Source: Klebsormidium nitens
Lineage: Eukaryota; Plantae; Klebsormidiophyceae
Reading direction: 5' to 3'
DNA: 38,468 nucleotides
NCBI GenBank assembly: GCA_000708835.1
Contig: DF237693.1
Span: 1-38,468, forward strand
Shown here: in pieces, positions 1-10,800 of the stretch
Layout: every line of letters starts with the position of its first letter
How positions within the stretch are numbered: position 1 is the first letter of the stretch
Position numbers and translations under genes: made by a program
Notes under the pieces: generated by a model
The model's database searches: none
Told to the model about the DNA's origin: nothing
The model's input: the letters and a program-made list of their open reading frames with translations, nothing else

Positions 1-348
1 TGTCTCCTGAACCGTCCTGACTCCTTGACTCCTGAGTCGGAAATCCTGAAAAGATTCTTAGGCCGGGTTGGTTTGGTGGTTTAATAATAGGGTGGGCACC
101 GGGTGGTAACCGACGGGGACTGGCGCCCCGAATAAAGACCGCAAGGCTGCGGACTTGGACGGGAGAGTGTCAATCCAGGAACGCAAAATCCAGTGTCTCC
201 GGACTCCGGACTCCGGAGCACGTAAATTTTGTGATAGGGAGACAAGCCCCTTGTAGGACACATGTATGATCCCCGGTCCCCCTGGCAGGAGTCAGGTTCT
301 TTGGCTCAGCGCGCTTCCTGCTTCGTGAGAGTCTGGACTCTGGTAACG

Positions 349-509
349 CAAGTGTGCCCTTAAACAGCGGTGTGCCCTAAAATAGGCACGCGGGGGACGG
401 GTAGGGTTAGGTTGGTGGTTAGGGTGGGTTCGGGTGCGGAGCGTGTAAATGGTTGGGTTAGGGCTTTTAGTTTGTTTGGTCGGGGTCTACGGATCTTTGG
501 GCACACTTG
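349..509. repeat. 11-bp inverted repeat (CAAGTGTGCCC / GGGCACACTTG) enclosing a G-rich, telomere-like tract; possible small non-autonomous element
   Basis: Perfect inverted repeat at 349-359 and 499-509. The interior reads GGGTAGGGTTAGGTTGGTGGTTAGGGTGGGTTCGGG. No target-site duplication seen. Confidence 0.4.
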
Positions 510-1813
510 AGTTTAATTAAAATACCAGTATCTTCGTGAGTCATGACTTTACCAGCCCTGATTTTCGCCTTTTCCGTCCTTCATGCTGATGCAGCCATCA
601 TTACATGAAGCATTTACTGCTCAACACGTTCTTGTCGAACTTGAAGGTGTGGTGGACGGTGCCAGTGTGAATGGAGCGTTGGAGTCTGGAAGTGGTTGTT
701 TCCGACGTGGCAGTACTAATGCCAGTAATGGCAGACCCAGCTCGAGTAGGGTTTCAAGCAGCAAATTGAAGTTAATTCAAGGGGGCAAGGGGGTGGCAAA
801 GTCCGCAACCGAATGCCACCACTCCAAGCAGCAATGGTTTTCAGGGGTTTGGTGAAGATCGTTTCCAGATTAGATATCCAGCCGTCCCGTAAGAGTTGAT
901 TCCCGCTGAGAAAGGTGTGCCATCCTGCACTTGCAATAAACCACAAGTTAGAGCTTGGGTTGTTGGTGGCCGTGGGGCTGTGAAGTCGTTGGTAAGCTGA
1001 GACTTGGTTGCTCAAACAAGAGGGTAAAGGACGAGAAAGCAGGGTTTTTACCAGGTCGAAAAGACGGAACCCGTGGATGAGCTCCTAACACTCGGCACGC
1101 CGCACTTTCATTATGGATTCAAAGCTCAGCCATCAAGAAAAAACACCGTCAGCTAGTTTATGGGGGGCACTGTTTGGGAAGTGTTGGGGCCGGGGGGGTG
1201 CAAGCATGGAGGATGCAGAGGGAGAGCTGAACCCCCAGAGACAGAGGCAGCGGCTCACGCGAAGGCTCTCGATGCTTTCAAAGTTTGCAGAAGGAAGTGG
1301 GATGGGGGGGAGGTCAGTTCCTCAAAGCCAGTGGAGATGTTTGAGCTGAGGCCATCTCTTGTTTGTGGCTGCTGCTTGACATTCTGAAGGATGGTTGCAT
1401 ATTTGCTTCCTTGATAAACTTCTAGTGAGTTTAGGTTTTCTTCAAATGCTGCAAGACGCCAGGGGCACACATATGTGAACATCTTTGGATCTGGTGACGT
1501 CCCATAGGCTTGCAGTCGTGTCTGTGATGTTGAGCCAGAGTAGAGACGGGGTTGCGACCCTCTGTTGAAATTTGAAACACCAAAGCTCTGATCAACTTGC
1601 TTCTTGCCTTGAATGTAAGCTCTTCAACTGAACATTCCTCACCTCATTCCTCAGAACACCCTGCACCTACCTAAGCTGAGATGGAATGATCAATGAGTTC
1701 AAAAGTCCTTATACCTGAAAATGGTTGACGCAGAAAGAGTGTCCAAAGTTCATTCTGACCAGAGACTGCAAGTTATGCACAGATGTCCTACTTTTCCACC
1801 TTGACGACCACGT

Positions 1814-4800
1814 ATGTTACTGAGCAAATCACCGTGCCCATGCAGTGCCGCGACAGCTGTCACGCAGCTGCATCTCAGTTTCGAGCGACCCGCCCCGAGT
1901 GCCCACCTGAGAAACATCCCCACCCTGTCCTCTGAGGAGATCGCTCTCATCCAAACCAGCTGGGCTAGGGTCGTGGAAGTGCATGGGATTGGCGCCATCT
2001 CGCTGTTCTATGTGAACTTATTTGCACTGGCGCCCCATCTGGAAGGACTGTTCAAGAGGACCAAGTGAGTGCGTTCACACTGTTGCGAGGCGTCAACGAC
2101 CCGTCTTGAGTGAAGTTGTTTGCACCGGCGGTATACAGAGGGAAAGAAGGTTTAAGAGCTTTGAGGGTTTTATGTACTCATAGCATCAGGACTCGCTGTC
2201 AAAGAGTCTTGCATTCTGAGCACAGAAAAGTGATCTGGATCCAGAAAGACCACGCAAGCTTTCTTTCATATCAACAGACATGCACTGTTCTCCCCCGACA
2301 ACTCCTTGCGGAAACTGAGTCCGTGCTGTGAGAATCTGTCCAACTCTTAGTTTGCGGGGAAGTTGAGTGGGAGTGTAGTTCTTTGAGAAAGACATGTGAA
2401 AGAGTACCTAAGCGTCGTTTCTTGTCATGTGAGACTGGATAATGGATAGCAAGCTCCGCGTTCCAAAAGCGTAAGGTACAATCTGCAGGGGTATTCAAGA
2501 GGCAATGTTCCAGGACATGATGGTCACCCTAATCGATAAGCTGCACGATTGGGAGTGGGTCGTGCACACGCTCGAGGCGTCGGCCATTCGGCACCTGCGC
2601 TACGGCGTATCCGCGTCCATGTTTTCTCCTGTCGGCGAGGTAAGTGTTGAAGTGTTTCTGTGTTATAACTGTTTGAATAATGACTGCTCTTGTGATTCAA
2701 GTTCTGGGGTTTGGGGCATGGATGGTCAGTTCAGACTTTGGGCGCATGCGCTGCGGCACACCCGCGGTTCTGCTCGCCCCAGTCGGCGAGGTATTGTTTG
2801 GATTCTACTGCCTGAGAGATTCTACATGCAGCCTGCACAACTATCAGTTCTTTACTCTCCAGCGGATCAGACTGAGGCCTGTATTTGCGTTTGGTAAGTC
2901 GGGTGTAGAATTTCGTTTCCTGACCTTGCTCAATGAGAAGCTTAGACTGTCTCTGCAGACCTCCTGAGGTCCTCAACCGTGATCAAGATTGACTTCGGCA
3001 TGGGCAAACGAAGAGCGAAGTAACTTTACTATGTGATTTGCCGGTGTTACGGGAAGACGCCCACATAAGGACATGAACGGGGCTCAATTGATCTGATCAT
3101 TCCTCCAGGGTAACGTTAATTTTATACTGGAAGGTAATTGAAGAGGCGTGACTTTCCCAGAGAAAGAAATTTAATCCGCACATGATTTGCAAGGTGGAAT
3201 CTATAATCCGCAGGCTGCTGGATTTTGACCGTTTGTCAAATCCCTGGCGAATCTGATGGAAGTCTGCTTCCAGTCTGAGGGGACCAAACACCCCAGGTAC
3301 ATAGGTTTGCATCCTGAACCATGTGCCAGCAGCCAAAACTCTAATTGCCCCAACCCGAAAATTGGTGGAATCAAAGTCCGAAGGGTCTTGTTTGTAACCC
3401 TTGAATTTTGGGTTGGGGCAAGAAGGGGTTTAGGAGCTATACTGATTGAGGAAGGTTAACCTTGCACAATTGCTCTAACTACTTGATAACTAACCACTAG
3501 ACCAGACCCAATCCGCAGGCCAACCGTGGTCCCCCCAGCGCTCGGGACACTCCATAACGCAATCTAGACCAGTCCATCGACGCGAATTCATCGGACGGCG
3601 CGGAACATGGGTCCGGCTCTCTGAGTGGGGTTTGGTCCCCCGGCTTCCAGTATATCCTCATCAATCTCGTTGTTGCCTACAGGCGCTCCTCAAAACATTG
3701 GACATGGGTTTGGGGGACTACTGGACTCCCGCAACAAAGGCTTCCTGGGTGAAGATGTGGACGGCAATCGTTGCCGTAAGCTGCCCTTCTCTCATCTTCT
3801 TTCTGACGTCCAACGTTTTCTGACCGGCTCCACCCGTCCCGCCAATTGTGGAGTACTCAAGATAACAAGCTGTAAGTGTGAATATCAATTCTGTGGTACA
3901 ACCGGTGCCTCCCATCTACACAAGGAGGGTTTGTCAACCACTTCTTATTCCTCTGCACCAGCCTGGCCGCGTTGTTTGAAGCAGGAAATTAATTAGTCCA
4001 ATAATCTCAGTGCGCGCCCTTCGAGTTTCTAAGCTTAAGAAGTGTTGACCCTTTATTAGGTGCCCAAACGGTTCTCTCCGTGCCACTTATGATGCGGCAC
4101 TTGGCTCAGTCACGAGAAGCAACATACCGGGTTCATTGTTTGACCTGCTGACATCATTGGCTGACATTGCTGTTGTGAGCCGCGGGACTGCTGCTTATCT
4201 GGTTATGCCCAGTCCCGCTTCCTTCACACCAAGTCAGATTAGTCGCAGACCTTGGACCCTTCACTTCTTCTCCCGTGGTTGATGGAACCGCTTGCTTCCG
4301 TTAATCATATGCCAGCGTATGCTTGAGCAGGCAGCCAAACGTTGCGGTTAATCGCCTTGACCCAGAACGGTTGAACTCGCAGGCGGCCAAACCCGGCACT
4401 TAAGGCCCGTAACCTAGAACGGTTGAGTTCCTCTCTCCGCAGGTCATGTCGGCGCATCTGAGGGCTGACGGCCTGACCCGCGCCGTTACGTGCAACAGTT
4501 TCGCTCTAGTCACGGCCGAAGTGGACCCAAAAACACTTTCCGTTTTCGCTCGGCTGATCCGTACTGTGTTCCGTTTCCGTTCAGGTCATGTCGGCGCACT
4601 TGAGGGCCGACGGCCTGACCCGTGCTGTCGCGAACAACAGTTTCGCTCTAGTTACGGCCGAGCTCGAACGCGCGCCTCGGGGGGAACGGGTCCGGTGGAT
4701 GCTAACCAAACTGCCCAGCGGGCTGACCCCCCTGCTCATGGCAATCCGCGACAAGAAGGTTCGCATCGTGAAGTGAGTTCTGCGCAGCTCAAATCTGCGC

Positions 4801-7800
4801 AATCGAAGTTTGTGCTACTGTAGAGTCGCCACCTGCTTTGCATCATCCTGAAAAACCAATCGCGCAGGTCGTATATGCTTTCTGACATTCTGGCAGTCGG
4901 CGCGCGGCGACCGCACCGGTTACCCCCTCCTTTCAGATCTTGCGCAGCCGCATTTGCTGAAGGCTTCAGAACACGGTCAAAAGGCCGTTAAGAGAAAATG
5001 GAGTGACGCGCAGGTACATGCGTATTATATTCTGGCCATCGGCGCCCGCCGATCGCACCGGCTACCATCACCTTGCAGAAATTGCGCACACTCGATCGCT
5101 AACGACATTGAAACATGGTTCAATGAACATTAACAGAAAGCCCGTTAACAAGATACGGGTTAACGCGCAGGTACATGCTGTCGGATATTCTGCATGGCCC
5201 CATTCTGGCCATTGCACCGGCTACCACCACCTTTCAGAGATTGCGCAGACTTAATCGTTTTCAAAGGCCCCGGACAATTTTGGTTTAAAAAGGCCGTTAG
5301 TTACGGACTCACGTGAAAGGGCCAACGTGCAGGTACATGCTTTCGGATATTCTGGCCATCCGCGCCGACCGTACTGGGTACTACTACGGCCGCGCTGAGC
5401 TGTGGGCCGCACACCCGACGATCGTCGGCGAGATTGTCGAGAACGTCCCGACGGCGGTGAAGGAGTTGCTGGACGGCTGCTACTGGCAGAGCGGCCACTC
5501 CTCGGGGGGCCTGAGACGGGTGAGTTGTCAACCCCCCAATATGGGAAACGGGATCATAGGAGCATTCAGCAGGGGGGCTGAAATGAGTGAATCTTAGTCC
5601 ACAAATGTGAAGACGTTCCTGGCAGAGGGGCCATTCCTCGGGGGGCAAGAGACGGGTGAGTCGTCGACCCCCCGGAAATGGGAAGAGAAATCAAAGGGAC
5701 GAGTGCAAGGGGCCCGTTGAAGAGCAACATTCTGGGCAACACCTGAATGTTTCATCGGGTCTGTCAAAAGCATGCTTTACAGGATCTGCTTTTGGTAAAG
5801 GGAATGCGAGCGAGCAGCCAAAACCTGTAGGTGCTCCTTCGATCTGCACGTCGTGTCTCGACGTCCGTTGAGAGTTTTATTTAAGTCGATTCCCTACAGT
5901 GAGAGCAGAAGGGTGCATTGAAGTGGGCTACGGCAAAATTAACCAAGCCGTTTCATCTGCCTTTTTGTTGGCAATCTAAACGCTTTTGAATCAAAAGCGC
6001 ATGGGCGTTACCAAACGCTGGTCGCCAAATGGGTCCCCCAACTCGAAACATTGCCCTTTGACATGAGAAAACCGGGAGCGCAAAGCCAAGATGGATTACC
6101 TTTTCCGCTTACTAGTTGATTGTCGCAGGCAGCTCAGTTTCTTGAATCAACCGATTAGAGCGCGGCTGAAAGCTGCGAAGTGCTTCCTTGTCAGTAAACT
6201 AGGCCTGGCGTCTACTCTTTCGAGCCCATTCTTCCTAGCAATGCAATAATCGAGTTTGTACATTGAGAGCCCTGTAAGTCGCGAGCCTTGGACCAGCTCG
6301 ATCAAGAGACACCGTCGCAGAACTTGCAAGGCAATCAAACCTCGAGGCGTTTCAGAATGTCTCTTCGCTTGAGACTTTAGGTATGTATTCTCGAAGTTAC
6401 GGGCAGGTCATCAAACATTGAGAGCCCGTCTGGAGAACCTCCCGTCACGTCTTCATAACGCCCACAAAACAAAGCTTGCCGCACATTTCTTGAAGAGTCG
6501 CGAGCGTGTAGTCCGAACACTATTCATATGATCCCGGCGCCTCCTCGAGAGTTAACCAGCGACCGATTCAAGGAAACCGTAACCAATTTATCTCAAAAGA
6601 AATTCGACCGAGTCCGGACCAGTCGCTTGTCTTGAAACGACTCGATTATCTCCCTCTAAGAACAAGTAATCGGGGCTGAAAACCAGCCGAAGGCTTCCAG
6701 ATTATCGATGCTCTTGCGGCCGCCCTTTTTCAAAGCCGACACTTCCAAGATTTCGTGGTAAACACTTCAAATTTTTTCCTGTGTCCGTGCATGGCTCAGG
6801 CAAACTTCTACGTCAAAGGCCTTTACGGCAATCCTAACTCAGATTCTGCCTCATAAGAGGCAATAAGGGCTAGAAGCCGACCGAAAACCTCCCCAAATAA
6901 CTGAATGCTGTTGCAGCCGTCTATTCGAAAAGAGACACTGACTTCAAAATCTTTGTGGTAAAAACTTCTCAACATGTCATTGCACAGGCAAACTTCTACA
7001 TCAAAGGCCTTTACGGCGACCCGGACCAGCCCGTGCGAGCCTCTCCGTTGGCTCAGATGCTCAACCTGCGGGGCAACTCGGCGTTCGAGCACCCCGTGAC
7101 TGGGATTATCATCTTCCAGAAGTGGAACATGTTCGGGCGGTCCGCCTTTCTCCGGAGCATGATGCTGGGTTGCGTCGCATTCCTGTTCCTCATTATGGGG
7201 TGAGCAGAACCTGAAACAAACCGCCTTCAAGTTGACACAGGAGTTTTTGGCTGTTAACCATGGATGGTTAGGGGCTGTTTGTGGCTGGTCAGAGACTGGT
7301 TATATGTCCAGCAACCAGACTCGCACCTGAATCAGCCCCGGATCAAGACAAGGTCAAGGCCGGGTTATTTGTTTAGTAACCTGAGACTCAGTCTAATAAT
7401 CAGCCTGGTTAGAAGCCAAAACTTGCTGTGAGACCTTGCAGTTGAATATAAGTAAATGAACGTCTGATCTGCCAACGTTCGACTGGGACTCCTTTCGGGA
7501 TGGATGGACAAACTCTAGTTGTCAACAGCGGGCGGTTTTTCGTCGACGCTAATGTCGAACTCTGCGGAGCCGGCCAAGCTCGTAGTTCAAAACCAAACAC
7601 AAGGCTTGATCCCTTGAAATCCTGTAGATTGCATTGCCCTTGAAACAGAGTCCGTCCCCCCTCAGGTACATCGCGTTGCCTCGCCAGTTAGAGGGCCTCC
7701 CCTTCCGGGCCCTCTTCTGGGCATACGTGATCTCCGATATGATCTCAGAGATCCGGCGCTCTATAGCGGTCGGGTGCATCAAGGCCACCCTTATGGGCGT

Positions 7801-10800
7801 GACCGTGCTTCTGCCCGTGCACTTCCTATCGGTTATGCAATTCGTAAAGCTTATCATGACCTCGCTCGTGTTGGTCTCCATCGGGTTCGAGCACACGTGG
7901 AACAAGGGGGATGGGTGAGTGCCCGTGACATCAGCATCTGAGAGTTCAGCGGTTTGCGGGGACGCTGCGATAAGGATTATTATACCTCAATCCGCGATGG
8001 GCCCTTTTCTGAGAGTCACGATCTGGCACGCCGCGCCGATTCTGTTGGCCTCCGAACCCGTGAAAGGTAGCAACAGAAGGAACCCGAAGGCCCTCGATTG
8101 TAGGAAAGGAGCAGATTGTTGCACTTCTCTCGCGTCCCGTGAACCGTTGGATCCGCACGTAGAAAGAAGCCGCCGACGTTCGTGCTCACTTGTTTGCTAA
8201 AGCGAAAAAGCTACTTCGCATCGCCACATCTCAGTTACGAAATTGCCCCTGTAGAAGGGAATTTGAACCATGCGATGCTTGTATGTCGACCTTTTCGTCT
8301 CGAATCTTTGCCTTGCTGGCGGAACGCGCTTGCACTCGCCAAGACTCACAAAACTGCTCAAATCAGTGGCCTAAAAAGCAAAGCTATCCTGAAGCTCTGC
8401 TTCATGCGTTCCTTGTCTTTCTGCATCCGACACGTGTCAAGACATTTACCACGCGCATCTCCACTGCAGGGTCACGGAGAGCATCTTGATAGCCACCGCC
8501 ACCATAGCGTATTGCTTCCAGATGCTCCATTATTACCTGGCGTCCAACGAGCTATCCTCCTTCGTCTTCACTCTGAGCCGGATGCTATACGACCTCGTCA
8601 AGTTCCTGGCCGTCTTTCTGCTCATATGGATCGGCTTCGCTCTCGCCTTCTACATCCTCTTGCGAACCCAACCCAAAGCGGACGGATCCACCGTCGACTT
8701 TACGGACGTCCACTGGTCATTCACCACTTTCTTCATCATGCTTTTCGGGTAAGCGTATTGATCAAACTCAACTTAACTTACATATATGGTAACCGCACTG
8801 GGACGGTGGGGTTACATTGGAGGCCATTAGGTGTGTAGGGGTGCGGAGCAGGTACTTCCCTGGGTTACGGTTCTTGTTAGCCTGAGCTTATAATCAGCTT
8901 ATAGCGGAGTTGATTTCGGCGCCCACTCGAGCTTCCTGTTTGCACCTGTAAGTTGGAACAAGTGGTTCACGGTAAAGGTGGAGGCAGTGCGGGAAGAGAA
9001 AAAACTGGTATTTTCGGTTTTAAAGATCACGGTTTTAGGGTTTGGCTTTGGTTTGGCGACAAATCATAGACCGCAGGCATTGGTACATCTACTAACTTTG
9101 AGAAAAGGACAACCGGGTTTTCGTTCGAGAGTATCCTTGACCACTGTGAGCGTTTTGATCACAAAGCCTGTGCATTTCCGGCGAGACGTCTTCTGTCTGG
9201 TACAATTTGTAAAGAAACTCAGGAAGTAACTCACACAAAGCATTTTCACGTGCAGCTATGCGGAGTTTGAGTTTCGGCAGATCGAGGACCGGCGTCTACA
9301 GGGCGTGGCGATCGTGCTGTGGTTCATCTACCTGATGCTCGCAAACCTGCTTCTTCTGAACCTTCTGATCGCCCAGTTCTCGACCACTTATGAGGCGGTC
9401 TACAAGGCCAGCTATGCCGTTGCGCTGAGGAAGTGAGGTTTTTCTCCCTTTCCTAGTTTTCCGTAGCAGTACGTTTTTCTAAGTGCGATCATATGCATAA
9501 TATCCCAGTAATTCTCGACCAATCATAAGGCTGCCTACAAGGGCCAGCTATCCTCTTGCGCTGAGGAAGGTTTTCTTCCCTTTCCTTGTTTTCGAATAGC
9601 GTTTACTCTCTCTATATCCTTGTCATAGTTTCCCGTGAACGTGAGTTTCTTCAAGCAGTCAACGTTTCCCCACCTTCTTACAACCTACGGAACAACCGTT
9701 TCCAAAAACAGCTGTGTCATTTGAGTGGAGGAAGTGAGCGCCATCCTAGTCCTTCGTAGGTGGAAGAGACGCTTCTAAAATCAATGTCTGCCGCTAGCTG
9801 ACTTCCTTTCCTTTGCCTCTTGCGGATCCGCCGTCGATCGAACGGGGCCTGGGGCTCAGAGAACAAATTCCTCCAAAAATTCGCGTCTCGTCTGCAATCA
9901 TCTCAACTAGGCGGCACTATATTGAGTTAACCAGCCAAACGGTGTGCTTTCTTGCTGTGGTTCTCCCCGGCCTCTTCGGTTGCCCAAAGCGAGTCGACTG
10001 AAAATCTTCGAGCGGATGCAGACTGCCGGCCGCAATGCTTGACATTTCTTCGTTCACCTCGACTTCTTAGCAATTTCTCCAGCCTCCACGTCATTCGGCT
10101 CTTTGAGTCGGCTGAGATTCAAGCGCACAGAGCGGAAATTTCTTTTCAACCACGCAGACTCGTTGACCAGGAATGCACCGAGTCAGGTCGGAGCCATGAG
10201 ACTCCGTATGGGGATGACGTCTGCCCCGAGCAATTGCAATCGGCCGTTTCCCTGTGATCGATAACACAGATAGTCTTGGCGGTTTACCAGATTGCTTACC
10301 AGACTTGAGTCCCAGGTTACTGGACAACCGACCGGGCTCTAACCTTGTTCTGGGCTTGTTACCGCCCAAATCCGGTTAGGGACATGTAACTACTTCTTAA
10401 CCAGTCCGTAGCCAGCCCATAAACATCCAGGATCAAGGGCCAACTTGTGCTACCTGACGTGGCTTCTTTTCCCGTAACGTGGCTTCTTCTTTGCAGGCTG
10501 TGCAACGAGCTTTTGGCGATTGAGGGGACTCTCTCAGTTGAGGAACGGCGGAAGCACTACAACAGGCTGAAGTTTGACGAGCCGCTGGAGTTTGACGAGT
10601 TCGACATGGGCCCGCCGGGGGGCATCCAGGTACATACGCTATGCCGCTGTGCTGATAAGTTCCTCGCATCCACCGCCTTATGAGGTGTTTGGGTTGGACG
10701 CTCGAGGCGTAAGCTTTGCCTGCTTTTTGTTTGACACAAAATGATACGCAGCCCCGGGTTCGCCTTTCATCAGCGTTTCTATCGTTTGTTACACCGGTTG

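Noticed and set aside
393-480. True telomere or chromosome end
   Set aside because: The tract is short, degenerate and internal, with ordinary sequence on both sides.
2702-2790. Mutually exclusive alternative to globin exon 2
   Set aside because: The copy is partial, its nearest AG gives the wrong phase for exon 1, and the F8 His codon is replaced. It is treated as a decayed duplicate.
3000-3470. Minus-strand ORF 3097-3336 as an intronic gene or transposase fragment
   Set aside because: It is short, has no recognisable motif, and is flanked by stops, so it cannot be supported.
9825-10250. An extra exon between exons 9 and 10 of the channel gene
   Set aside because: The pyrimidine tract at about 9800-9822 ends in TTGCGG rather than an AG, and exons 9 and 10 already join in phase with a sensible post-S6 helix.
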